64,000 nt of DNA from Takakia lepidozioides (lineage: Eukaryota > Plantae > Bryophyta), in the NCBI GenBank assembly GCA_030704615.1, contig CM060734.1, positions 7,440,001-7,504,000 on the forward strand. Direction: 5' to 3'. The notes beneath the pieces are model-generated. The model was not told the DNA's origin, searched no databases, and saw nothing but the letters and a program-made list of their open reading frames with translations. Position numbers and translations under genes: made by a program. Below, in pieces: positions 37,101 to 49,700 of the stretch. The number at the start of each line of letters is the position of its first letter. The stretch's first letter is position 1.

Positions 37101-39399
37101 GATAAACTGACTGGAAAATCAGCCTTGCGTCAACGCAAGGTTGATGAAGTGTCAGGCTATGTAGCTTTTCCTGTGGTTTTGGGCAGTTCAAATCCAGTTC
37201 CAATGCTGCCAAGATGAACATAAGTCTGTTTTGAGTCGGTTTGAAATGCTATTTTCAACTTTAACTGTACCAACAAACAGACTTGCGTTGACGCAAGGTT
37301 GTTTGGCGGTATGGATTGCTGGAAATTTCCCGCAGCCATCCACCTATTTCAATACAATTGTAGGAAACTTATGATTATCAGATACCATTGACATGTGTTT
37401 CAACACTCTCAACCTAAAACAACCTTGCGTTGAAGCAATGTTGAATTGCGCTTCTCATTCGTTGTCTCTATCAATACAACATTATCATTTGGTGTTCCCC
37501 ATTTCTGCTAGAATGAACATTGCGTCAACGCAAGGTTAATTCGGGATTTCAAAAGTAGAATTCTCAGTGTTGCATTCCTGCATTTCAATATCTTTTTCCG
37601 GATGTGTGTTCTCTTTCGTTTTCTGATCGAATGACTGTCTGGGTTTTTTGTATGTGATTCAGGTATATGTATCATATCCTCATACCGGGAAAGTACCTTA
37701 GCGATGACCCAGACTTCATCTATTCATGGGCTGACCCCTCCAATGACAAGACAATGTACACGGCTGGTATTGCCAAAGACTGGAGCAGGGCGCACTTCCG
37801 AGACTGTGGGTGGTACCTCGACCTGCCAAAACAGGACACCCCATTCGATGAAGTTGTTTTGAGAAACCTGAACGACAATGCCGCAGCGATTGCCCCATTG
37901 GCTGAGAAAGACATCCAGGACAGAATCATTTCGGCTCTGGCTGCAAAAGAGCCCGAGAAAACTGCTACTCCAAAACGAAAGGGGAAGGTTGTCGGGGATC
38001 CGAAGGGGAAGGGGAAAAGTGCAGCTCCGCAAGGACAGGGACCGTCAGAGGTTCCTGAAAGACAGCCTTCTCCCGCAAGGAGGGATAGGAGAACTTCAAA
38101 GTCCAGGGAGCAAGTTTTCGAGGCGAGAGAACATCCCTCCAGGGTTTTGGGCCAGTTCAATCGTAAGGTGCTGAATGAAAGTTTTCTTTCAATGATGGAG
38201 TCGAGGAAGTCCACATTCAAAGGGGTGCCCTCGAAATCGTGGGACATGCTTGTTTCGTTCCTCACTCAGGTGAAAACTTATGTCTAAACTGTTGTATGAA
38301 TAATTGTGTTTGGCAGCTTGTTGTGGCTTGTCCAGGGGATTGATCTCCTGTTAGATTTGGATTGGGCTTCTTACACTGTCTCATGTTTTTGGCTGTAGGT
38401 CACAAAAAGTCCGGAATGGGTGAATGGAGTTCAACAGGCATACGCGACTGACCTTGTGGTGCTGGACATTCCTGACGGTTTTCCTGTCCCTGATGTGTTT
38501 CCTTCCAATTCGACCCCGACTTGGAACAAATCGGATTCTCGTTACTGGCAGTGGGCTTTCTCGTTCAGCAACAAGTTCCTTTCGGACTCGGGGGCTCTTC
38601 TTCTCATGCAGTCAAAGGACATGTCGGCTCGAAGAACTCTTTTCAGCTACATGAAAGCTTCCGGGTTTCGTGTCATCAAAACTTGGACATGCATCAATAC
38701 TCTGCCTCTTACGAAGGGCGAGTTCCCGGGGCAGAAAGTGAGTTGGTTCCTTTCAATTGATGTTTCGTGGTTTTCCGGTAAATCAAAATGGTGGGTTATG
38801 TCTTCTGTCTCATTCTGTCTTCGTGATTAATGACAGACACGAGTGTTCGAAGCTTTGTGCCTGGTGAGGCGGACGGACACTCTTCCTGCTGGTGTTGCTG
38901 AGTTTCAGTTGAGGGACCTTGCAGCTCACATTGACCCCACCTGCGAGCCTGTGGAGGATGATGTTATCTTCAATTACGTCGACTCGGGTCGGACTATGAA
39001 AAGGTCGAATGGTGTCCCTTGGAGAGGTGCACGGGAGAAATCTCCAGCTTTCATGCAGACTTTGGTGGAGACATGCAGCCGTCATGGTGGACGAGTGGTT
39101 GACTTGTCTATGGGCACAGGTGGGGCCCTTCACATTGTGTTTGACATATGGGCAGTGACCTTAGGGAAACCGTGTTTTTATTTCTCGTTCTTCTTGGATT
39201 TGCAGGAGCATGTTTTCATGCTTGCAAGAGCGCCGGAAGGCACTTCTTCGGCATGGAAGCTGATACGGAGCTCTTCTCAAGCGAGCTTCGTCAGCTTGAG
39301 TCGGGCACTACTTCTGCCCCATCCACAGAGGGACTTCTGGAGGAGCCCGAAGCGCCTGACGAGGATCTGGACGTGGACTCCGATTTTGAGTGTGAGTAA
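34180..39399 (+). CDS. Spliced ParB/Srx-like + beta-class amino-DNA-methyltransferase-like fusion protein (~1,090 aa)
   Basis: Predicted exons 34180-34545, 35173-35771, 35846-36035, 36125-36568, 36651-36910, 37663-38269, 38399-38737, 38837-39119, 39206-39399 join in frame without stops (intron 5 is GC-AG; start codon uncertain). Motifs FFVWDGNHRLLAW; DLVVLDIPDG; EKSPAFMQTLVETCSRHGGRVVDLSMGTGACFHACKSAGRHFFGMEAD. Confidence 0.8.
34602..35123. repeat. Five palindromes AACCTTGCGT-CA-ACGCAAGGTT in intron 1
   Basis: Starts at 34614, 34817, 34903, 35019, 35102; the first extends to a 46-bp near-perfect palindrome (34602-34647). Confidence 0.9.
37007..37537. repeat. Five palindromes AACCTTGCGT-NN-ACGCAAGGTT in intron 5
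   Basis: Starts at 37007, 37121, 37279, 37421, 37516. Confidence 0.9.
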
Positions 39400-40339
39400 G
39401 TTCTTGTGTAGTCGTGCAAAATATGTTGCATTTCCTTGTGTCGTTCCCATTCGAGAAATAGTGGCTTTCGTTGTCTATATCTGGATGTTAACATCTACCA
39501 CCATTCCTCTTCTTGCTTTGCAGAGTTCAGCACCAGTCATCGAATCAGCAGACGCCTTTCGGTTTCCAAGGATACTACATGTCCCCGAGCCCCCCTAGAT
39601 CCAACCGCTTGCCGGTTTACGCGGAAGCTTGCGCACGGGTATTATCCGAACAAACACTGTACTCGCATCTCCATGAAGGTCGAGGAAAAAAAAACGTCAT
39701 GGATGTGCTGCTGTATTCATAGATGATATTGCTGTACACTCTGGAAGTGGTTCCTCTGAAACCTCCAATATTTCTTTAGGTTCAAGTACCGAGGCTCAAT
39801 AAATTGTATTTTGGTTTTGCTTCCATCTCCAAACTGTTTTTCAAGTTCTTTGCGCGTTCCCGTAAGTACAGTTGGGGATTGCCTAAAAAAGGTCTTCGGA
39901 TTGCGGAATTGAAAAATGATTGTGTGTTGGAATGAATGTACTGCTTTGCCCAAAAAAAATGTTTGCTTTTAATATTCAGTTCTCTAGTGGACGATCTCCT
40001 CATTCCAAAGTCATGACCTCAATCATAATTCATCCGCAAACCTGCCATTGTTCTCGGCCACAAAGAATATTCATGTGGGGGCCTTGAAGAGGGATAAAAA
40101 ATTAGGACATAGGCGACAGCTGATCCGCGGTAATAGGGGGGGTAAGCACGGAATTACGGCCTGAACACGTGGAAGCTTGCTGACGTGGCGTGAGCCTAGC
40201 CAGGCTCACAGGCTCACGCGGCCAGGCTCACGCGCAAGCATTCCCCGTCTGAAAAGTAGCATCGTCCTTTGCAAAATAAATGACAAGCAAGACACCTATG
40301 TTGAATTTGAGGAGAATCGATCGCTCGTGAGTATATTCA

Positions 40340-43300
40340 CGGAGGGGAGATCTCCCGTGCACTCGATAGGTAGTTACTCGCATCTTATGCGAAACAAATC
40401 ATTCGATTACTACATGTCAATGGTGAGAGAAGATGAGAGGAGCTTTCCCGTGAAAACGTAACAAATGCATGTCAATATCATCTAAGAAACAAAGTAAGAG
40501 CTTTAAAACCACAATGGGTCGTGACTCAAAATTATTGGTAGAAAAAATGGAATAATGTTTTTGAATTATTGAAACTTAAGGGATAGAAAAATCTTTGTCA
40601 CATTAAGGACAAGAAATAACAAAAAAATGCATTGAACCGACAAATACAAGGTCAGATACCATGTCAGCTTGCTGCAGGTGCTTTGAGACCTCCCTCCACT
40701 AGGGGAGATATCCCGTGCTCAATACGAGAAACGTCAAGCCGTCAAATCAAAAGAAAATAAGATCTAGAAACATTCACATGAACTGGTCATCCAGAAATTA
40801 AAACTGCAAGGTAAGAATAGTTATTTGTCACCCTCTGAATACCAAATAAGAATCCAGGAAATGCCAAACAGACGTCGAGACATAGAAGGGGAGACCTCCC
40901 GTGCTACAACTGAAATCAATAGCACAATCGCGAAAATACAATTTAGAACGTCGGCGTCATAAGGCGCCACCGTTAAAATCGGAGTAGTGAACGACATTCC
41001 GCAATGGAAGATATGAAGGTTTTGGACCAGACAAAATCCTCATCATTTTCACAAAATGAAAATATTTGCGAATCCTTACTATATTCGACAATGAGCTCTA
41101 AGAAAAATATAATAATCATGATCGGAAATAGTCAAGTCACTGTAGCATGGGACATCTCCCGAGAGAAAACCATCAACCACCATGGGAAATCGGCAGTCCG
41201 ACATACGAAATGTGTGGAACCGTTAGACGGAAACAAATAAAAATGTACAACCATTCACATCCACTGGCCATTCAAACATTCAAAATTTTGGAGATCAGAA
41301 CAAAAGCTATTTGTCCGCAGATAAAAAACAAATCCAGTAAATAATATTAAAAAAACAACGTGACATACCACGGGAGACCTCCCGTGTTACACCTGAAAAT
41401 CAGTAACAACATCGCGAGGATACAGTTTACAAAGTCAGATTAAGAAGGGGCCACCGTTGAAATAGACACATAAAAGTACATTCCGCTAGGGAAGAAAATA
41501 TGATATTCGGACCACGACATATCCTTATCAGATAACGAACCAAATTGGGACTCAACGAGCGCGATGGTGAATGAGAATATTAATCATATCAGTCTGCAAT
41601 AGTCAAGAATCTGTAGCACGGGAGATCTCCCGTGCTATGTGCGTAAAATACAATCAACCAGAACTAAACTTTCACTGAGATGCAGGCAGTCAAGGTTCAA
41701 ATCGCTAGAGATATAGATGTTCAGAAATTGAAAGTTTCAAATGGTCGACACAGAGAATTCAAGGTCAACTTCTGATTGTCAAAGGAGCTCCCACAAAATC
41801 CTGGCAATCACCAGTAAGATCAACATTAACACATATTGTCGTCAAATTAGCACGAGAGATCTCCCGTGCACCTCTGTACACTGTGCTTAATCAGACTCAC
41901 TTTGATCGTTCGCAACATATAGATTTGCTTTCGCTTTAACTGCTTCGGCCTTTCCAATACGTCTAGAGCTCCACTTGGAGGTGTTCTTCCGAGGTCGCAT
42001 TGTCCACACCACACTGTTCGTATATATCCACTTTGGTGGATCAGATTCATTGAACTCCCAAGCTTTGTCCCAGCAGTTTTTATACCTGTCCACGTCCTCC
42101 GCTGCAACACTTTTAGGTCTCCACCACTCCAGAAGGACTTGCCGATATCTCTCATCTGAACGGTCACGAATAACATAAGAGATTGTCACACCCATCCAAA
42201 TTGGATATGTCTTTGTGTCTGGTGGTCGAACAAGTACGAAGTTTCCAATTTCAATATCTTTGAATGGGTTCATCGGCTCTTTAGGTCTCTGACTCTTTGG
42301 CCCACAATAGGGATCCAGCTGGTTGCGATCTTCCTCCTCTGACTCCTCCTGACTCTCACATTCAACCCTAATCCCATCTTTGTCATGGTTATCTTTCCAC
42401 AAAGTTGAAGGCCAAAACCCCTCCTCCAGCTTGTCCTTTGGCTCAGGCAATGGCTTACCAAGTTCAATAAGAACATCCTTCCAATACTCATCGTAGTTCT
42501 TCATGATATTTTCGTAGTTCTTGTCGAGATCCATCCCAAGTCTCCAAAATTCGCGGTACTTCGAAAGGCCATTTCAATACTGGCATTTTTTCCCCTAACG
42601 TCTGGCTTTATTCCTCAAATAGGCTGCAGTGGAACAGGTTCCGGGACCCCCTGGGGTAGCAAGGGAGACCTCCCGTCCTCAGCAACGTTCCACATTTTGA
42701 CTGCACCCTGCTTCGGAAGCCAGTCAGCATTGGTTGCTGATTTCTTATACTTCATTACAAGCCAACCGTCACAATCCATATAGAACTTGAAGATGTGCAT
42801 TTCAGATGTGCCGATTAGCGCATCGCTCCCATCAATAATATATCCATCCACAAACTTCTTGAAGTCTACGACCTCCTGTATTAGTTGAGGGATAAATGAC
42901 AGGTTTTGAGACTCCATAAAGAGGCGCATGAGATCCGGAAGGATATATGTGCTCTTCTGTTTCAACTTCTTCGACAGATAACTAAAGTATGCATCAATAT
43001 CCTCGTGGGTGTGACCAACCATCAGGAATCCAAGCTAGATCTCTTCAAAAACACCTCTCGCCGTCAAGAGTGATAAAAAAGCAAGCATCCAGCGATTTTT
43101 GTTCTCTCTTGAAGAATTGTCCATTTGCAGGTATAGTCGACGGGGTAATGGCTTGGCTTGAATAGGGCCTTGGGATACCCTAGGCTTTAGTGCTTTCTCA
43201 CATCGAGACTTTCCCCTCATTAGAGTTTCGAAAAAAGAGTTCTACATTGGATGATCGAAAATTTCTCTTGAGTCTCGACACGTGGGCTTCTCAAGAGCGC

Positions 43301-44075
43301 GAAGACAACGAGCCAAGGAGCTGATTGTCAAGTTAGGATCACTTGGCCAGAACTCGTTCGTGAACTGAGCATAAACACCGTCACCATGGCCATGAGTCAC
43401 CATACCTGTTAGGGATATAGGTAGTTGACCGAGACCAGATGTCATCTTGTTTGTTATGAGTCCAGCCGAGGCAACGCAGTCTTCGAGTGATCCATCTTAT
43501 CATGTATAATACACAGAAACTCCTCACCCATCATCATTGATTCATTTCGTCAACTATGATAAAGCTTGCGACATGACTCATGATGCTTCAAATGTCTCTC
43601 AAATTTCCTTTTGTGCTTTCTCTGCTCCTCAGTTCCGCTGACTGACTTCTGGATAAGATCTTTGAACATCTCACAATCTGTGCATTTTGCGAATTTTCCA
43701 CCAGGTTTCCGAACCTCAACATTCCCAAAAAGTTTCATTCGAATTCGACTAATTCCAGACTTCGACAATTCCTTCAAGCCCATTCGTTTGTTCGCCTGAT
43801 CCAATTGTCAACAATATATAGAGTTGGTATTCTATTTGGGACGGGAGACCTCCCGTGGAGATTGAAATTGAGATCGAATATTCCAACATCTACATCCAAG
43901 AGATATGAAAATTTGATAGATGCAAAAAGAACGACAGACACAAAAATTCATTCTTAAATAGATGGATAAAATCGCTCCGAACGATCCATCAATGGACTAT
44001 CGGTTGTTATGCTGACGATTTGATATCGACTATTAGCAAACGTAGCAGAATGATTACGGGAGGTCTCCCGTAACA
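40340..44075. repeat. Dispersed palindrome CACGGGAGATCTCCCGTG (~11 copies)
   Basis: Near 40345, 40439, 40703, 40889, 41149, 41372, 41620, 41854, 42663, 43843, 44058. Confidence 0.85.
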
Positions 44076-44450
44076 TACGCTCCTTGAAAGTAGAAAAATA
44101 TTTATAGAGGCAGAATCGGATTGGGTTGGAAAGCAGTATCCAACCTCATTGGACAGTCGGTTAAGCTCCTTCCAATTCATCTCCACCGGCAGGAACTTCA
44201 GAACATCTTGCCTTCCTTCTCCGATACCTCTCATTTTATGAGGCATGAGGTCACTGTTTATAACAAATTCGCCTCGGCCTGCAGGGTTTTCGCTCGGGGT
44301 TTCTTCATTCCTCTATTTCCATGCATTGACGAGATGTATCCATCATTACTCTTCTTCTTGTATCCATGGTACGTTGACCTTCCGATCCCATGGATTGTCC
44401 ACCACGCCTTCTCACAGACCTCAACTCCTTCCATTGTAAGGTAGGCATGA
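41887..44450 (-). pseudogene. Sola-like (DUF7869-type) DDD transposase, disrupted, with a C-terminal beta-rich aromatic domain
   Basis: KCTDC, RLYLQMDNSSRENKN, FLMVGHTHEDIDAYFS; in-frame stops; probable intron ~43800-44130. Confidence 0.65.
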
Positions 44451-44689
44451 CGACCACAACCTGGTAGTCGGTGTAGTCGTCGTCCCGGTTATCAGCGTCA
44501 CGTCCGTCAGTTAGCGTCAGGACACGTTAGACCTGACGCTGACAGGACCTCCGTCACGTCAGGTTCGGGGAATATTCTGTACCAGGTAAAATACTGCCAC
44601 CGACAAGGTGGCGGTGACAAATACATTTTGAAAATTAACAAAATGAACACGGCCGCCGATTCGCTTTGTTTTTCGAAATTAAAAAAGAA

Positions 44690-46270
44690 CTAGCGACCGC
44701 CGTATTGGCGGTCGCTTCAATTTTTATTTATTTTTAAGCAAGATTGGCGGTCGCACTGACGGTTGCCTTATTTTTTGAAATAGAAAAAGAAATAGCGACC
44801 GCCATATTGGCGGTCACTTCAAATATATATATTTTTTAAAGCAAGATTGGCGGTCGCACTGGCGGTCGCCTTATTTTTCGAATTAAAAAAATAAATAGCG
44901 ACCGCTATGCTGGCGGTCGCTTTTCATTTATTGTTTTAAAAAAACAAGATAGGCGGTCGTATCCTAATTTAAAAAAGAAAACAAGCGATTGCCATATTGG
45001 CGGTCGCACGGTGGCAAATACATTTTTAAAAATTAACAAAATGAACGCGACCGCCATAATTGGCGGTCGCTTCAATTTATTTTTTTTAAAAGCAAGATTG
45101 GCGGTCGCACTGGCGGTCGCCTTATTTTTCGAAATAGAAAAAGAAATAGCGACCGCCATATTGGCGGTCGCACTGGCGGTCGCCTTATTTTTTGAATTTA
45201 AAAAATAAATAGTGACCGCTATACTGGCGGTCGCTACAATTGTTTTTTCTTAATCAATTTATTGTCTTAAAAAAACAAGATTGCGGTCATATTGGCGGTC
45301 GCCTAATTTAAAAAAGAAAACAAGCGACTGCCGTATTGGCGGTCGCACGGTGGCAAATACATTTTTGAAAATTAACAAAATGAACGCGACCGCCAATTAT
45401 GGCGGTCGCTTTGTTTTTCGAAATTAAAAAATAAATAGCGACCGCCATATTGGCGGTCGCTTCAAATTTTATTTTTTTTAAAGCAAGATTGGTGGTCGCA
45501 CTAGCGGTCGCCTTATTTTTCGAAATAGAAAAAGAAATAGCGACCGCCATATTGGCGGTCGCTTCAAATGTTCTTTTTTTTAAAGCAAGATTCGTATCTT
45601 ACGCCAAAAGAAGGAGATGCAGCTTTCGACCAACAAAAATCCATCATCTTGAAACCAGCGGCGGTCGTCTTATTTTTCGAATTTAAAAAATAAATAGCGA
45701 CCGCTATGCTGGCGGTCGCTTCAATTTATTGTTTTAAAAAAACAAGATTGGCGGTCGTATTGGCGGTCGCCTAATTTAAAAAAGAAAACAAGCGACTGCC
45801 GTATTGGCGGTTGCACGGTGACAAATATATTTTTGAAAATTAACAAAATGAACGCGACCGCCAATTATGGCGGTCGCTTTGCTTTTCGAAATTAAAAAAG
45901 AAATAGTGACCGCCGTATTGGCGGTCGCTTCAATTGTTTTTTTTTTTAAAGCAAGATTGGCGGTCGCACTGGCAGTTGCTTTATTTTTTGAAATAGAAAA
46001 AAAAATAGTGACCGTCATATTGGCGGTCGCTTCAAAATTGTTTTTAATAAAAGCAAGATTGGCGGTCGCACTGGTGGTCGCTTTATTTTTCGAATTAAAA
46101 AAAGAAATAGCGAGCGCTTTCTTGGCGGTCGCTTAAACTTTAAAATATACAAAATAGCAGTGACCGCAATATTGCACAACATGAAAGGAAATAAAAGCGA
46201 CCGCAGTAGTGGCGGTCGCTTGTTTTTCATAAAAAATAAAAATACGGACCGTAGTATTAGCGGTCGCTTA
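44690..46270. repeat. Left subterminal array of GCGACCGCC-N5-GGCGGTCGC and half sites in A/T tracts
   Basis: Dozens of copies, with higher-order duplication. Confidence 0.95.
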
Positions 46271-46701
46271 ATTTCAAAATTACAACAAATATGGTTGTAC
46301 AGTCTTTTTTGGATGGGTGCTTTTGGTTGGTAATTTATTCATTTCACTTTCATTTCACTTTCATCCCTCTTGGATCATATATAAGGGAGAAGGGTCACCA
46401 AGCTCCTCATTTCTTTTAGCGCAAACACTTAAGGTTGTTTTGGATGTTCTCTTCAATTGAACGAGAGTGTAGCCCAAGAGGAGGGTACGCACCTTTTGCC
46501 GTTGTGGCTTCCACCAAAGCCACTTCAGCAGATTGTGTATAAGCTCAACACTACAACCCACATCGACCCACTTGGGTTGCTGACAGGTGTAGAAGTGTTG
46601 GGCTATCGCATTGCACTCTACATTCACAACACGTTCATTTATAGGTGACTGTTTTTTGTTGCTTGCATCGCTAGGTCCCAGGTGAGTGGATATTGGGTGA
46701 A

Positions 46702-49700
46702 GATGAGGAAGGAATAAAGCCCTTGGTATACGGCAATCCCAAACACTGTCAGTGTCACTGGTAGTGTTGAGTGCAACCTATGTGGATTAAAGCTTTCTTA
46801 TCGTAAGGATCAGTTGCTCGCTCACCTCGGCTATAAAGGTGTGAAGAACGTCGGGGTGGGTTTATGCCCCAAAGCCATTTGCCTTAGTATGGAGGCAATA
46901 TTCCAATGTCTTTGGATCTGGACATGACCTCTGAGCAGAACACTCCATCTTCCCGTCAGGATGCCCCGATTAGTACCCAGGGCGACTCTTGTGAGGTTTC
47001 GGGTGTCCTTGGACAAGTGGGTTGTGTAGGAGCAACACCTGCTTCAACACCTGCTTCAACACCTCTTTGTACCCCTACACTTCAACGGAGTAGAGGATTA
47101 CGGCAGCAATCCATGCAAGAAGGTCTTAACTTATCTGCGAAAAAACAGTTGGATAAAAAATGGGCGCAGTTTTTCTTCGAGGCCAACATACCATTTAATG
47201 TGGCAAGGCTTCCGGCATTTGTTTCTGCTGTTAGAGCAACCTCGGAGTCCAGATCCACGTACGTGCCTCCGACTTATCACAATCTCCGCACATGATTGCT
47301 AGAAGACGCCATGACCGAGCTTACCCAAAAGGTCAACGATAGGATGGGCGAGTGTATCAGAAAATATGGAAGCACTATATGTGCCGATGGTTGGAGTTCT
47401 GTCACAAACAGACCGTTGTTCAATGTCATGCTCGTATGTCCAGTTGGGGAACAATTCTTGGGATCGGTCGACACTAGCGGCAAGAAGAAAGATGGACGTT
47501 ATCAATGCCAACTATTGACGGACTTCATCGAACAGGTCGGAAGTGATAGAATCGTGCAAATATGCACAGACAATGCCGCTAACATGAGAAACACTGCAGA
47601 CATGTTGTTGGCACGTTATCCTCATATGTACTATCAAGGTTGTGCTGCTCATATCCTTGACCTCTTTTTGGACGATTAGGGAGAATAACAGTGGGTGAAA
47701 CAACTTGTCAAGCGAGCGAAGACTGTTGTGTCGTTCATCCGCACACACCACATCCCTTTGGCAATATATAGGAGGCACGAACCCAAATATAGCCTCCGCA
47801 ATCCAGGCGAAACTCGTTTTGTCACGAACTTCTTGATGGTGGATCGGTTGGTAACGGTGAAGAACAGTCTGGAGCACACCATCATCGATCCTCAATGGGA
47901 TGCGTACACATGGACATTGCGGGACTCTAGAAAAGCCAAGTCATTGGGCAAAAGTCGAAAAGTTCGAAATAGCATTCGCAGCGATGATTTCTGGAAGAAA
48001 TGTGAAAACTTTGTTTATATGGTTGAGCCGGTGTTAATCGTCTTACGGGAGTTTGATGGAAAGCAACCAGTAATGGGCAAGGCATGGTTACTAATGCAAA
48101 ATCTTGAGAAGCACGTCCAATCCTTAAGGCATCATCCCTTCTCCTTGGAACCTGAACTTGCGGACAGTGTTGAGGATGCATTTTACGACCGTCGTTCGAT
48201 GGTTCGAACGGACTTGCATTATGCGGGGGCTTTGCTCAATCCATTCTTGCTCGACAATATCATGCTCCGAGACGACGCTGATGCCAAGGTCGGCCTCGTG
48301 CGAGTGCTCATGCGACTGGCTCCGCCGAACCATGCAGAGAAAGCTATATCAGAGTATCAATGCTTCTCAGATCGCCGCGACCCTTTCGAGGACATGTCGG
48401 ATCCAAAAGAGCTCAATATGCTGCCACATGAATGGTGGAATCTGATTGGAGCTGGAGCAAGAACATTGGCTCCCATTGCGAAGCGTATTCTTGCTCAAGT
48501 GTGCTCTGCCTCATCTTGCGAACGCAATTGGAGCAGTACCCCAAAAACACCATAAAAGAAGAGCAAGCTTCTCTTGTTCTTCATCTAGACTCATTTATTT
48601 GCTTTGGCCTCTTGCTTGTGTAGTTAGTTTTGAGCTTGAGGGAGCTAGATCCTAGAGGGTTGAGCTTGTGGCTCTCTTGTAGTAGAAGCAAGCATAATTG
48701 AGAGCGGGATAGTCCTAGCTCAAGGCCTTGTGGCCATGTGAGGCAAGAAGTAGAGGAAACGCTCCATGAAGTGGGAGACTTGATGACGAGTAGGAGGCCG
48801 AAGGAGGACCAGATTTGAGTACCATTCTACCGAGCGATTTAGTGCAATCCGAGCGCAGGGACGACGGGAGCCTGCTATTACCCACTGGACCCGCGCCGCG
48901 TGGTACTGGCCGCGGGGTATCGGTTTTAACCGCTGGATATCGCGACGGACTCCACCAGGGACTGCTGGTCCCTGGTATGGGTATTTTAAGGGGGGTTTTC
49001 TCCATATGCATTTGATTTCTTGTGCACTATTCATGGTGTTCTTCTTGCATGGGAATGAAGGTGTGTTTTAGCAAAGGATAATAAATAGTTGGTACCATTG
49101 GATGTTCATAACAAGATTCGCAACAGATTGAATCCCGCGAGGGCTGACAAATTGGTGTATGTGTATACCAATTGCCGACTGCTACGTGAGAGGGCAACGG
49201 ATGATACTGCAGCATGGTATGAGAGGAATTTACATTCCGAAGACTCTGCTTCTGAGGCTATTCGATGAGTGACGATACTGAGCCTCAGAGAGAATCATCT
49301 CAGATGGAATCATCTGCCTCCGATAGTGAAGATGGATCCGATGATGCTCCCGAAAATGCGTATGACCCGTTTACATTCATAGAGGATGATGCTTATATCC
49401 AGCCGACCTTTGATGACCTTCTTGAAGAAGTGGGTATCGCAGATGAAGGTAAAGCTGCAATTGTGTCATCCCCAGAACATGGTCCTCAAAATGAAGTTGG
49501 GGTCGACCCTCGTCCCCCACTACACGCTGAAGCCACCGGTAGTGCCCCAATGGAGTTTAGGGGTGATGTACTGCCAGGACCGATCGACGTACGCAACATA
49601 CAAACGATGGTGTCGAACCATTGTACAGTCGACGGGACGGGATCATGCCTCACCGATACGACCAACTCCACCACAATGTCAAAACCGATCCAGCTCCCCA

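Larger units (their letters stand above)
23110..40245. mobile_element. MULE-2: Mutator-like element with transposase and ParB-methyltransferase cargo; contains nested piggyBac-like and gypsy insertions
   Basis: TIRs 23110-23145 and 40210-40245 match at 31/36 nt (gggaatgct..gagcctggcc.cgtgagcct). Extra cgtgagcc cluster at 29300-29430. No clean TSD at these ends. Confidence 0.7.

Noticed and set aside
34180-39399. Bacterial contamination as the source of ParB-MTase
   Set aside because: The gene is split by spliceosomal introns, one inside MTase motif I, and lies within plant-type TE sequence
44905-46230. ORFs rich in AVA/TAT/RPP
   Set aside because: Translations of the GGCGGTCGC subterminal repeats
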